From IMG/VR virus record IMGVR_UViG_2667527789_000013, positions 1 to 31,026 of that record: a stretch of DNA of 31,026 nucleotides; one strand, written 5' to 3'. Within the stretch, counting starts at the first letter, position 1, and the number at the start of each line of letters is the position of its first letter. The position numbers and the translations under genes were made by a program. Shown in pieces: positions 16,540 to 25,701 of the stretch. Below the pieces are notes generated by a model. It saw nothing but the letters and a program-made list of their open reading frames with translations. It was not told the DNA's origin and ran no database searches. This DNA is from a virus (lineage: Duplodnaviria > Heunggongvirae > Uroviricota > Caudoviricetes).

Positions 16540-19010
16540 CAGAATCCCCCAACAGTAAGGCGAGGAATAACGGCAAGAACAGACAGCGGCAACGGGTCAA
16601 GCTGACGGATTTTTACACGTCCGTTTTTGCCCCAGTTACTGTCCAGTTTCACTTCTACTTTTCCGGTAGCATCATCAACAGGATCATCGTAGAACTCGAA
16701 TTCACGCTGTGGATATTCGTACCATTTACCGCCTGGCGTAGTCGCCCAGATGCCGCGACTGGCATTCACAACCAGAGTAACGGACGGGATCACCTGTTTT
16801 TTGTCCAGCAGCGTTTCCTGTCCGTTAATGTTGATATCCAGTGTTTCGAATTCAGCAGTTATTGGCAGGCCGATGTGCACAACAGCCCCCGGTGATTCCA
16901 GCGTGACGGCACCTCCGGAAACTACTTTCTGTGGTTCCACGTTCGCATCAGAGAGGATGTTTACGGTCTGACCTTCAAGATGAGACAAGCCGCCAAATGT
17001 CCGGCGCGCCATCTGCCAGTTCGTGGTGGCCACATTCCTGAGGGATGGCGGGACGTTCCTGTTAGCACGAACCACTACAGCGGTATTGCTGGTTACAGAA
17101 ATAATGTCGCAACGTAATTCTTTTGACACTTCATCGCCAATATCAGGATCAGTTCCGGTATAAGGGAACTGTAGTTGCGCGCCGACATCACTACTGGTGA
17201 AGTACGCACCACCAGAAACACTGATTGTATATTCCGCGCGGTAATCCCATTCACCAGAACCACCAGTGATGATCATCGTTCTGTCAGACGTATTTCTTCC
17301 ATCATAGCTAAGGCCAGAATCAACAAAGAAAGCATCTTCATCGCTGGTAAATAAACGGCTGGACAGTCTCTCTATGTATCTCACTGTTTGCCCGTTAACG
17401 GTTCGGTTAACGACGAAATACACCGCATCTTCATTGCCTTCGCTGATACTGCATGTGCTTTCATATTTTCCGGTACTGGATTGTGGTGCCCATGCAAAAA
17501 CCTGCTGATCACGCAAATAGGTCATCACCAGTAATTTACCGTCATCACGAATGCAGAAGGCGCTGGAGTAAGGGACAATAGAGAAGCACCAGTCAACAAT
17601 GCTGTGCTTCTGAAAAAGATGATTGGCAAGGATAGTAAGGTCGTTCCCCTGATATCCGTCAACATCGAATGAGTAGGCCAGATCACGTACAACACTGCCT
17701 TTCTCCTGGACGAACAGAGCAATATTCGCCACGGCAATTGGTGGGACATTGCTCGAGCCATTTGATCCCTGAGAGCTGAATGCAAATGATGATGGGGTTA
17801 ATACTTTGTTCTGGTCGCCGGTGATGACGTACTCACCTCCGGAAGTCAGCGCCACCAGCGAACCAACATCAATCAGGTGGCGGATCTCATTAACCTGACG
17901 CCCGGCATAGGTGTAGATAATTCTGTCGTCATCCTGCGTAGGATTGCTTTTGCCAAAATCCTTATAATCCCCGGTACGGCTGGCCCAGATAGTCTGAGGG
18001 AACGCAGTCGATGCGGCGAAGTAAAGACGTTGTTGATAATAAACAACAGTGCCAGGATAACCGTTAACACTGTTCCAGGCATATTTAGCCCATTTATAGC
18101 TGGCATTATCCTCGCCAACTACCTGCGAAGGGATATAGGAAATCACCTGGGCAGTTGCAGTAGTGCCATTTGCAACAGTGATACGGGCAATGCCAAAACC
18201 ACTGTGCAGATATTCCCACTCAATGCCAGTATAATCATCTCCGGATCCGCCCCAGCCATCCCATGATGTGCCTTCTGTATGCGAAGGGCGCAAAGTACCT
18301 GTTTTGCCTGCTGTAACGGCGCGATAGTAGTTACTGTCTGCACGGCGAATATCGCCAATCGACGTACTCTTACTGGTTTCCCATACCGGCACTGAATCCA
18401 CTGCAGGCTGTTCCAGATAGAACAATTTGCCTACCTGCTCCGCGCCAAAAATAGAGGCGCTTGCCGTTAACGTAATTGTCCCGGTGCTGGCGCTGGCATA
18501 AACCGTCACTAACTCGTCAATATTGATATCTTCAAATGGCCCGTTCTTCGTTACCACATCAACCAGTTGCCAGTTGTCATGCGCATAGCGGCGCAACTCT
18601 TTCGGCGGGTATGCCGGGTGAACCAGCGTAAGCACGTCTGCGCTTTGCGTGAATTTAATTCGGAACAGATCGGCTTCAGTATATGGCGTGGCAATTTCAT
18701 AAATAACATTGCTGCTGTTCAGCACCAACGCACCATCTTTGATAACGCGCATGTACTGGTGCCCGAACTCCAGAGCATAGGTCTGAACCGTCGAGAACTG
18801 GAACGGGATCAGGCGGCATTTCCGATTTGGGTATTTGGCGGCACCGACAAAACGCGTACCAGGTCGATTCTCAACGCCGCCATACTGCCGCACGATAAAG
18901 TTATCGCACTTGCGCAATGCCACCTGGTACTTCGCCATGTCGATACGCCCGTACAACGACGGTCCAATCTCACCACCAGCAAAGCTTGGCTGGATCCAAC
19001 TGATAGCCAT
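16539..19010 (-). CDS. Tail tubular protein B / nozzle (T7 gp12-like), 823 aa
   Basis: Size (T7 gp12 about 794 aa) and position after the gp11-like gene; beta-rich, Gly/Thr/Ser-rich composition typical of tail-tube proteins. Confidence 0.6.
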   Translation of the reverse strand: MAISWIQPSFAGGEIGPSLYGRIDMAKYQVALRKCDNFIVRQYGGVENRPGTRFVGAAKYPNRKCRLIPFQFSTVQTYALEFGHQYMRVIKDGALVLNSSNVIYEIATPYTEADLFRIKFTQSADVLTLVHPAYPPKELRRYAHDNWQLVDVVTKNGPFEDINIDELVTVYASASTGTITLTASASIFGAEQVGKLFYLEQPAVDSVPVWETSKSTSIGDIRRADSNYYRAVTAGKTGTLRPSHTEGTSWDGWGGSGDDYTGIEWEYLHSGFGIARITVANGTTATAQVISYIPSQVVGEDNASYKWAKYAWNSVNGYPGTVVYYQQRLYFAASTAFPQTIWASRTGDYKDFGKSNPTQDDDRIIYTYAGRQVNEIRHLIDVGSLVALTSGGEYVITGDQNKVLTPSSFAFSSQGSNGSSNVPPIAVANIALFVQEKGSVVRDLAYSFDVDGYQGNDLTILANHLFQKHSIVDWCFSIVPYSSAFCIRDDGKLLVMTYLRDQQVFAWAPQSSTGKYESTCSISEGNEDAVYFVVNRTVNGQTVRYIERLSSRLFTSDEDAFFVDSGLSYDGRNTSDRTMIITGGSGEWDYRAEYTISVSGGAYFTSSDVGAQLQFPYTGTDPDIGDEVSKELRCDIISVTSNTAVVVRANRNVPPSLRNVATTNWQMARRTFGGLSHLEGQTVNILSDANVEPQKVVSGGAVTLESPGAVVHIGLPITAEFETLDININGQETLLDKKQVIPSVTLVVNASRGIWATTPGGKWYEYPQREFEFYDDPVDDATGKVEVKLDSNWGKNGRVKIRQLDPLPLSVLAVIPRLTVGGF

Positions 19011-19618
19011 CAGGACAACCTCGCAATGGTAAACTCGTCAACCGGAGGCTGTGGTTCCTGTGATTCATTCTGGCTATGCGAGCCAGCACTAATAATCACG
19101 CGATTGTACATATTGAGGGCAAACGTACCGAGGTCTGCATTCCCAGTCAGCGCCATGTTAATAGCTGCCGCAAGACGCCAGGCCAACGCCTCCATAAAAA
19201 TGGCATCAAACATGTTCACATCTGAAACGCGAGAGACATACTTGAGCCATGCCTGCGGCTGGTCTGTGTAGATCAACTTTCCTGTTCCGTTGGTGTCTGC
19301 ACCAACTTCGTACTGAACGCGCATTGCTGCTGTTGGATTGCGTACACCAGGAAGCATAATTTCAGTAATGCGTAGACAATCGGACGGGTACTGGTACGCA
19401 TATTCCCAGTCAGGCGGTGGATTGCTCGTATCTGCAAGCGCCACGCGTTTGGTAGCAAAGTTCCAGTCAAAATCAGAAAGCACAGCATCACGGCAGGCCT
19501 CAAAATGCAGCGAACACTCCCCCGCTTCCTTGCTGGCTTCCGTCAGGCTGTTAATGCTGCGGCTGTTGCCAATATTGGACAGCGCACGATTACAGATCTC
19601 TACTACAGAGGCCATCAC
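19010..19618 (-). CDS. Tail tubular protein A / adaptor (T7 gp11-like), 202 aa
   Basis: Size (T7 gp11 about 196 aa) and position directly upstream of the gp12-like gene; stop-start overlap. Confidence 0.55.
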   Translation of the reverse strand: MMASVVEICNRALSNIGNSRSINSLTEASKEAGECSLHFEACRDAVLSDFDWNFATKRVALADTSNPPPDWEYAYQYPSDCLRITEIMLPGVRNPTAAMRVQYEVGADTNGTGKLIYTDQPQAWLKYVSRVSDVNMFDAIFMEALAWRLAAAINMALTGNADLGTFALNMYNRVIISAGSHSQNESQEPQPPVDEFTIARLS

Positions 19619-19938
19619 TCCCCCCCGTTACCGTAGATGGTTTCAGCTGCTGATTTTTCTACATCACCGGAAACAGGAGCGATTGCCATATCAGTGATCT
19701 GCAGATCAGCGCTGCGATTAACACCATCGTCAGTTTCTCTGGCAGACAGGCCTCGAATAACAGCCTTTGCAGTTATCATCACTTCTGTTCCGACGCCCTG
19801 AGGTTGCGCCTTCAGCTTATTCAATATGTCGTTATTCAGCGTGATGCACAGCCCCCACGGGTATTCATCGCGAGTTCTGGTTTCTCCGCTCTCATCCTGG
19901 TAGCTGTCAGTGCCGGTTTTGAGGTTTACGAGTTCCAT
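19615..19938 (-). CDS. Hypothetical virion/assembly protein (107 aa)
   Basis: ATG 19938 (MELVNLK...) with GGAG SD (track start 19944 is GTG); first gene after the terminator that follows the capsid cluster. Confidence 0.45.
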   Translation of the reverse strand: MELVNLKTGTDSYQDESGETRTRDEYPWGLCITLNNDILNKLKAQPQGVGTEVMITAKAVIRGLSARETDDGVNRSADLQITDMAIAPVSGDVEKSAAETIYGNGGE

Positions 19939-19950
19939 ATACACTCCTGC

Positions 19951-19970
19951 AATAAAGGGGCCGAAGCCCC
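19951..19970 (-). terminator. Strong rho-independent terminator/attenuator after the capsid gene cluster
   Basis: On the minus strand: GGGGC-UUCG-GCCCC (GC stem with UUCG tetraloop) followed by TTTATT; downstream genes are still needed, so read-through is expected. Confidence 0.55.
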
Positions 19971-19988
19971 TTGTCTGATCCGCGAGGC

Positions 19989-20333
19989 TTACACGCCCAG
20001 TTCTTTACGCTTATCTGCGATCTTCTCGCGGAGCGTTTCGGCTTTGGCGTTATGGTGTGGCTTCTCGTTAAAGAGCAATTCGTACTCTTCACGGAGCTTA
20101 TCCAGTTCACCATCATCTGACACATCGTTGATGATTTTGGTGCTGGTTGCTGCCATTGACACCTTTCCTGCAACTTTTGCTTTTGCCTGTCTGGCTGCAT
20201 CGTTAACAGGTTCCAGTGCGCTACCAGGCTCACCTTCGTATTCGATTTCTGCCCCCTCCGGCCACAGAGTGTTATGGATATGAGAGAGGCGCAGAACGCG
20301 GTATCTTGGTTTCTCACCTGACATCGATATCAC
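19989..20333 (-). CDS. Hypothetical head-associated protein (114 aa)
   Basis: Compact ORF in the capsid cluster; charged, helical C-terminus; function unknown. Confidence 0.45.
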   Translation of the reverse strand: MISMSGEKPRYRVLRLSHIHNTLWPEGAEIEYEGEPGSALEPVNDAARQAKAKVAGKVSMAATSTKIINDVSDDGELDKLREEYELLFNEKPHHNAKAETLREKIADKRKELGV

Positions 20334-20334
20334 C

Positions 20335-20772
20335 TTAACCAGTTACTTTTGAGCGGATCGGATACGGCGTATTGGCATCAACATCAAGACTGATACCCGC
20401 AGTGAATTCGCCAGCCGTTAGTGGGCCAGTTGCGACGGAATAGTTAACACGCAGATATCGCTGAACACCGGCAGGCACCTTTGCAGAAACAACTCGTTTA
20501 CCTGCTGTCAGGGCGGTCTTTGCCAGTGCGCCACTATCATAAATAGTGGTCCATGAGCTGTTATTCTCACTCGTCTGCAACTGGATGTTTACAGTTGCAT
20601 CACCGCTTGCCGCGGCGGCTGTGTTAACCAGCGCCCAAAACTCAAGCGGGTAACCCACGCCGATATCACGACGTTTTCCGTCAATTGGACCGAGATCGAT
20701 TACGTCAGTAGAAGCCGCGGTATTCGTAACCGCCTGAGCTTCGGAGAACATCAACAGTTTGTCGGTGATCAT
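20335..20772 (-). CDS. Putative capsid decoration/cement protein (145 aa)
   Basis: Immediately downstream of the major capsid gene; beta-rich Thr/Ala/Val composition; position typical of decoration proteins. Confidence 0.45.
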   Translation of the reverse strand: MITDKLLMFSEAQAVTNTAASTDVIDLGPIDGKRRDIGVGYPLEFWALVNTAAAASGDATVNIQLQTSENNSSWTTIYDSGALAKTALTAGKRVVSAKVPAGVQRYLRVNYSVATGPLTAGEFTAGISLDVDANTPYPIRSKVTG

Positions 20773-20823
20773 CTTCTTTCTCCATTAGTGGGTCTGTTAC
20801 GACCCACAGGTTAATAACAGGCG

Positions 20824-21816
20824 TTACACCACGCGGGCTTCTGTTTCCAGAAGCGCATCAGTTTCACGGATTGGTACACCACGGAATGAAGTCCACCACT
20901 CGCCTTCTGTCTCTTTTACGCTGATCGCCAGAGATGTTTTCTCCAGAGATTGCAGATCGAGAGCCTGACCTACAGTGCGGTTCATATAGAACACCGGGCG
21001 CCCAATGCCACGGTTTGGAATGCGATGTAGTGCTTTAACCATCAACTTCGCAATATTTGCGGCAGAGGAAGGTTCTGAAAGATTGCTGACATCAATGTTC
21101 GCAACGCGAACAACATAACGCCAGTCACGCAGAGTAAGTCCATTGTCCCATTTGTAATGAGTACGGTAGCCTTCGTACTTGCCGCCACTAGCATCTTCCA
21201 GTGTCACCTGGCCTTTATCTTCCATCTGGATGCCAGCCTTCTGCCCTTTCGGGAAGATGCCATGCACAGTGTTTTCCCCCCACACTATTAACCAGATTGA
21301 GGTGTTGTCTGTACCCGTGCCACCAGCATCAATAATGTTCTGAGCATTACCCGCAGACAGACTGGAATAGCGGGAAGACAGCCCCATAAACTGCTGAGGG
21401 TTAACGCTGGAATCACCGTAAAACAGCGTCTGCGCCATCGCCTGATTCATCGCTTCAATAAATGCTCGGTCTTCAGACAGGCGGAATTCAGCGGTATTAC
21501 CGTTCAGATCAGCCAGTGACTTATCGACTTCAGCATAGGTTTCCAGCATGCCAACGGTATCGGTGATCTGCACAGTGGTTGATTTGCTCGGTTGTACGCC
21601 ATAGTTCAGCAAACGCCAGGTAGCTGAAGGTAAACCAGAACGAATGGTGGTTCGATGTCCGGTAGGAAGGTTCCCTTCGACAAAAGGCATATCCTGAAGG
21701 ATCGGGTTAGTTTGACCGAGAAGCTCGATAATCTTATCGACTTTCCCGTTTGGATCGACGCGCTTACCCCAGTCAGCCAGCGTTAGCGCAGTTAAGCCTT
21801 TAACAGCCATTGTCAT
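20824..21816 (-). CDS. Major capsid protein
   Basis: 330 aa, follows the scaffold gene; size and composition consistent with an HK97-fold coat protein of podoviruses. Confidence 0.75.
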   Translation of the reverse strand: MTMAVKGLTALTLADWGKRVDPNGKVDKIIELLGQTNPILQDMPFVEGNLPTGHRTTIRSGLPSATWRLLNYGVQPSKSTTVQITDTVGMLETYAEVDKSLADLNGNTAEFRLSEDRAFIEAMNQAMAQTLFYGDSSVNPQQFMGLSSRYSSLSAGNAQNIIDAGGTGTDNTSIWLIVWGENTVHGIFPKGQKAGIQMEDKGQVTLEDASGGKYEGYRTHYKWDNGLTLRDWRYVVRVANIDVSNLSEPSSAANIAKLMVKALHRIPNRGIGRPVFYMNRTVGQALDLQSLEKTSLAISVKETEGEWWTSFRGVPIRETDALLETEARVV

Positions 21817-21824
21817 TTCCTCTC

Positions 21825-22520
21825 TTATTTGCCATAGAGCACTTCGGCCGCACTACGCTGGCCTTCATTACCACCGGTGACCATGCCATCTTCAGACATC
21901 GCCTTTCCGATTTTCACGAACGTTTTGACCAGATCAGGGTGATTACCCAGCCCGGTGGTGTTCAGATATTCTTTGAGTTCAGGTGTCCCGAACTGGTCAA
22001 GCGCACGCTGTGCGGCGCTAAGGTTAGAAATCAACTTGTCGCCACCGATTTCTTTGTCAGCTTTTACATCCGCAGCCCACTGCTCGGTTGTTTTCTGCCA
22101 GGCTTCTGCCTGGCGCTGCTGAACACCTGCCAGAATCTTCGGATAAGCATCAACCAGCTTTTGCGCTTGCTCGTTGGTCAGGTTAAGTTCTCGCGCCACC
22201 GGCTCGAATTCCTTCAACGCTTCTGTATCCAGCTCTACGCCTTCGGCAGCCTGAAACTCGTACTTCTCCGGCGCACCCTCTGGTTTATCGCCGTCCTTTT
22301 TTTCATCCTGCTTATCGTTTTCAGGCTTTTTGTCATCAGCAGGTTTATCGCCATCAGCAACAGGTTGTGGCTTATCACCTTCCTGTTGTGATGGATCACC
22401 AACTGGAGCAGGGTTATCACCTGCAGGCGCTGACGGTTCTGACGCAGCCGGAGCTGCTCCACCATCGACTGGCTGCTCATTGCAAAGACGGTAGTTAATT
22501 AAAGAATCAAATAAACTCAC
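21825..22520 (-). CDS. Scaffolding protein
   Basis: 231 aa, highly acidic, Pro/Asp/Lys-rich N-terminal low-complexity region and helical C-terminus; between portal and capsid as in T7 gene 9. Confidence 0.6.
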   Translation of the reverse strand: MSLFDSLINYRLCNEQPVDGGAAPAASEPSAPAGDNPAPVGDPSQQEGDKPQPVADGDKPADDKKPENDKQDEKKDGDKPEGAPEKYEFQAAEGVELDTEALKEFEPVARELNLTNEQAQKLVDAYPKILAGVQQRQAEAWQKTTEQWAADVKADKEIGGDKLISNLSAAQRALDQFGTPELKEYLNTTGLGNHPDLVKTFVKIGKAMSEDGMVTGGNEGQRSAAEVLYGK

Positions 22521-22531
22521 GATCTTTCCCC

Positions 22532-22801
22532 TTAAGCCATAATCCCGGCTGCCTTTAACTTGGCCAGCAGAGAATTAAAATCAGCGACGACTCCACTAAC
22601 ATCACTCGCGACAGAATTAGCTTGTGTTGCAGCTTTCTTGACGCCACCTATAACTGATTCAGTTGCCGCAGGCGGCGTAAATGTTTCAGGCTTTTCCTGA
22701 ATATCACTCCAGGAAACAGGAGCATCATCACCAATGACATTTACTTCAGCGATGGTGCTGTCTCCATCAAGCCTGATCGGTCTAATTTTATTTAAAGACA
22801 T
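22532..22801 (-). CDS. Hypothetical small protein (89 aa)
   Basis: ATG 22801 (MSLNKIRP...) preceded by AGAGG SD; track ORF 22532..22819 begins at a GTG further upstream. Confidence 0.45.
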   Translation of the reverse strand: MSLNKIRPIRLDGDSTIAEVNVIGDDAPVSWSDIQEKPETFTPPAATESVIGGVKKAATQANSVASDVSGVVADFNSLLAKLKAAGIMA

Positions 22802-22805
22802 TTGC

Positions 22806-23102
22806 CTACCTCTGTTCACTGGCCTCTTTGGCCATCTTCAAATACTGTTCAGGGCAATGCGCCATAACGCGCTGAAACAGTTCCAGCGCCAGATTGCGTT
22901 GCCCCTCATTAAATGCCATTGCCATAGCGTCCATCGGTGAGATAGCGGAAAACACCCGGCCTTTCTCCAGCACCGACCAGACAACGCGACGCCCCTGTTC
23001 ACTGCTCATGACAAAGCGAATGTCATCAATTTCACGCTGTGCCATGTCACGTTGCTTACGGGCGTTTTCTTCTTTCAGTTGATCGTCTTCGTAATCTGTC
23101 AT
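22806..23102 (-). CDS. Hypothetical small protein (98 aa) downstream of portal
   Basis: ATGA-type overlap with the portal stop; charged helical protein of unknown function. Confidence 0.5.
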   Translation of the reverse strand: MTDYEDDQLKEENARKQRDMAQREIDDIRFVMSSEQGRRVVWSVLEKGRVFSAISPMDAMAMAFNEGQRNLALELFQRVMAHCPEQYLKMAKEASEQR

Positions 23103-24778
23103 TGTGATTTCCCACCCTGACCACTAACTGCATTCGCCATAGCTGACAAAACACTCGGATCCGAAGTTTTAGCTTCGCTTAGCGTCTTGGCACCCTGTGC
23201 CGCCGCCATCCCCATCGCCATCATTTGTTGCTGCTGTTGTTGCTGTGCCCGTTGCTGGCGAGCCTGCTCAACCTGTTCCTGCGGAACAATGACGGTTGGA
23301 GACACTCCGGACATATCAGCGAATGCATCGATCGCCTGATCAACGTTGAGTTTGTCGAGAGCTTCTGGTTTCGCTTGTGCAAGTTGACCAATGAAGTTGA
23401 CCGTGGATGCCAGACTGGACAGGCCGATAGACTTCTGCGCCTGAGCCATGACGGAAATGTATTCGACCTTCAGGGGCATACCTTCCATCGCGTCAGGCGG
23501 TGGCGGCAGCATGTTTTTACGCACCATCATCGAGAAAGCGCGGTCAATGAGAGGATTAAGACATTCGTCGTTCAGACGCTCAAGTACCGGCCCCAACATC
23601 AGAAGTTTTTCTTCTTTCATTTCGATCACCGCTTCAACAGGCATCGAGCGGGTATTGATGTTCTGCAACATCATGAACAGATCGACAAAGTAGGCGCTGT
23701 TAATGATTTGACGAGTGTCCTGAATGTCTGCCACCAAATCTGCTGTACTGGGGTTAACCAGATAAGCAGGCCTGAAGCCATCCTGACCAGTAATCTGATC
23801 GATATACGTGATGTCGCCAGGAAGAAGGGAGGCGCGCTGATTCTTGAGGGAAGTCGGAGCAACCATCGGCGGATTGGTGGCTTTATCAATCAACTGCGAC
23901 TTGCGCTTCTGGAGAAGCTGCAATGCCTTAACAGGTCCAAGCGCCAGCATACCCGGGCATGATGATCCATAAACATCTTCGCCGTTAACTTCCCAGCGCG
24001 GAGCCATAATTGGAAACTCATCAAATCCGGACTCACGCAACAACTTGTCGTTATCGCCACCAACCTCGTAATAAACCGATTTGAATGGCTTGTTCTTGCT
24101 ATCCAGCTTCGATGTATCGCGGTCAATGTTCGGGTAAACCGAATGCATCACTTCAATCCACTTCTCGTAGGTGCCGCTTTCCCACATGCTTTTTACGGAT
24201 TCGCTGACGTTATTTAGCCCGAACTCCTGAACAAGCTGACGAACAGTCATAGAGAACTTGCGAAAACAGGTGTCCACACTGCCACGAGGTGAGTTAGCCA
24301 GGTAGTAACTGCCTATCGGGAATGGCATTGTGCGAATGATGTCCTCGTCATCCTCCAGTACTGCCATTGCACCAGTGCTGTATGTGCCGAGGCTTCCGTA
24401 TAACTGCGGCAGCGACTGATAGAGATTCGACTTATTGAACATATCGTTCATGCGGTTCTGCACCGCCTCAAGCCACAACTTAACAGGACCATAATCCATC
24501 ATTTCAGGATCAGGCGTAGCCAGGCGAAACCACGGACGCGCGGGGCTTGTGATGCCAGACATCATGCCGCTGGCGAGAGTGCGCGCCGCCATAGTCCCGG
24601 TCGAATCAATAATGCGTGTATTGCGTCGATCGTTACTGTTGACCTCAGAAGTAAGAAAGCGGGAACCACGCGGGTTGATGTAATCACTCAACTCGCGCCA
24701 GTGCGGCTCGAACGACTGACGCTCGCTTTCAAGTTGTGCGAACTGTTTGTTCAATCGCTCTTTAGTTGTTTCCGCCAT
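23099..24778 (-). CDS. Portal (head-to-tail connector) protein
   Basis: 559 aa; position after terminase, size and Gln/Ala-rich C-terminal tail (QARQQRAQQQQQQQMMAMGMAAAQG) typical of T7-type portal proteins; GGAG SD. Confidence 0.75.
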   Translation of the reverse strand: MAETTKERLNKQFAQLESERQSFEPHWRELSDYINPRGSRFLTSEVNSNDRRNTRIIDSTGTMAARTLASGMMSGITSPARPWFRLATPDPEMMDYGPVKLWLEAVQNRMNDMFNKSNLYQSLPQLYGSLGTYSTGAMAVLEDDEDIIRTMPFPIGSYYLANSPRGSVDTCFRKFSMTVRQLVQEFGLNNVSESVKSMWESGTYEKWIEVMHSVYPNIDRDTSKLDSKNKPFKSVYYEVGGDNDKLLRESGFDEFPIMAPRWEVNGEDVYGSSCPGMLALGPVKALQLLQKRKSQLIDKATNPPMVAPTSLKNQRASLLPGDITYIDQITGQDGFRPAYLVNPSTADLVADIQDTRQIINSAYFVDLFMMLQNINTRSMPVEAVIEMKEEKLLMLGPVLERLNDECLNPLIDRAFSMMVRKNMLPPPPDAMEGMPLKVEYISVMAQAQKSIGLSSLASTVNFIGQLAQAKPEALDKLNVDQAIDAFADMSGVSPTVIVPQEQVEQARQQRAQQQQQQQMMAMGMAAAQGAKTLSEAKTSDPSVLSAMANAVSGQGGKSQ

Positions 24779-24792
24779 TTCAATGACTCCGG

Positions 24793-24999
24793 TTACTGAC
24801 CAAGCAGCGTTTTACCGCTGGTATTAGCGGTTGATGTGTCGCCCTGAGAACCGGTAAGCAGCGTAGAACTACGACCAGCAGCAGCGCGACGGCGACGTGT
24901 TTCTTCGTCGCGGGCATCAACAACGGCAGCATCCTGCTCCTGTGGTGCTGCCTGAACTTCTGGTGTTGCAGGCACTGATGGTGAGCTACCCATGCACAT
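24793..24999 (-). CDS. Small ORF (68 aa) immediately upstream of portal, uncertain
   Basis: ATG 24999 preceded by CGGAGTCATTGA, the same 12-nt translation-initiation context that precedes the portal ATG; low-complexity Ala/Arg/Thr-rich product. Confidence 0.3.
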   Translation of the reverse strand: MCMGSSPSVPATPEVQAAPQEQDAAVVDARDEETRRRRAAAGRSSTLLTGSQGDTSTANTSGKTLLGQ

Positions 25000-25067
25000 A
25001 TCAATGACTCCGTACGCAATTAAATTATTACCAATTTAACCACATATGATTTATTTATCGTAGATAG

Positions 25068-25096
25068 TTGACATTTAACGCACGAATTATTACCTT
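25068..25096 (+). promoter_or_regulatory. Sigma70-like promoter TTGACA-N17-TACCTT for the plus-strand tRNA/Gp49-like unit
   Basis: Perfect -35 TTGACA (25068-25073), 17-nt spacer, weak -10 TACCTT (25091-25096) lying inside operator site D. Confidence 0.35.
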
Positions 25097-25105
25097 TTAG
25101 GTAAG
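25089..25105. promoter_or_regulatory. Operator-like palindrome ATTACC-TTTTA-GGTAAG (site D)
   Basis: Same half-site motif as sites A-C, E, F; overlaps the -10-like element of the putative promoter. Confidence 0.4.
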
Positions 25106-25426
25106 CAAATGGTTCATTCCAGTTATTAACCTGACTGGCTTGTCGTTAAATTGAACAGGTGGAGTGAGCTTTTATTTTGAGCAGTACGGCGTATGGCACA
25201 TGCGCCGATAGCGGTCTGGATACGTTTAAGGGGCACCCTCCCTTGCTCGGGCAAACGAACCAGGTAGCCGGAATGTGCAAGTCGAGCGGTTTTATTCCGC
25301 GCACGGGGATTCACCATCCCGGCGATTCGGTGTGACGCCTCGGAAGAGACGAGGGTACAACGATGAGAGCATTTATGGAGCCGCGACAAAGTGTGGCGCC
25401 TTAACAGGCTAAGTGCTCTCAGCGTT

Positions 25427-25503
25427 GTGGCATTAGCTCAGCTGGACAGAGCAACCGCCTTCTAAGCGGTTGGTCGCAGGTTCGAATCCTGCATGCCACG
25501 CCA
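25427..25503 (+). tRNA. tRNA-Arg (anticodon TCT; reads AGA)
   Basis: 77 nt cloverleaf by hand: acceptor GTGGCAT/ATGCCAC, D-arm GCTC-AGCTGGACA-GAGC, anticodon stem ACCGC/GCGGT with loop CTTCTAA, variable TGGTC, T-arm GCAGG-TTCGAAT-CCTGC, discriminator G, encoded CCA. Differs from E. coli argU as I recall it in the acceptor and anticodon stems. Confidence 0.85.
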
Positions 25504-25546
25504 GAATCACGCCTAAGAACCGTGATGCCAGAAGTTCCAGTGGCTT

Positions 25547-25589
25547 GGCGGTGATGGTTTCCCTTGAAGGACTATCACCGCCCTTTTTA
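25547..25589 (+). terminator. Hairpin plus T-run downstream of the tRNA
   Basis: Stem GGCGGTGAT / ATCACCGCC (9 bp, 18-nt loop) followed by CTTTTTA. Confidence 0.4.
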
Positions 25590-25666
25590 CAGCAGGACGC
25601 CATTGCGATGACTTCATGCTGTAAACCCGTACAGCCACGGAAGGCATAACTCATTGCTTCCAGTTC

Positions 25667-25690
25667 GCCCGGTTCGCCGGGCATTTTTTT
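25667..25690 (+). terminator. Intrinsic terminator/attenuator immediately upstream of the Gp49-like SD
   Basis: Stem GCCCGG / CCGGGC with TTCG loop followed by seven T; the T-run ends 1 nt before the AAGGTGA SD of the ATG at 25702. Confidence 0.45.
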
Positions 25691-25701
25691 AAGGTGAGAT
25701 T

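Noticed and set aside
18567-19271. Plus-strand ORF of 234 aa
   Set aside because: Antisense to the two tail-tube genes across their junction, no SD, Arg-rich product typical of GC-rich antisense frames.
21810-22391. Plus-strand ORF of 193 aa
   Set aside because: Antisense to the scaffold gene; Leu/Phe/Ile-rich mirror-frame artefact of an acidic gene.
23225-23962. Plus-strand ORF of 245 aa
   Set aside because: Entirely antisense to the portal gene; His/Arg/Leu-rich composition typical of a spurious reverse-frame ORF.
25427-25503. tRNA as the prophage attachment site or prophage end
   Set aside because: Terminase genes lie on one side and the portal and the rest of the structural module on the other, so the tRNA is internal to the element and complete, including its 3' end. 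It is better explained as phage cargo.
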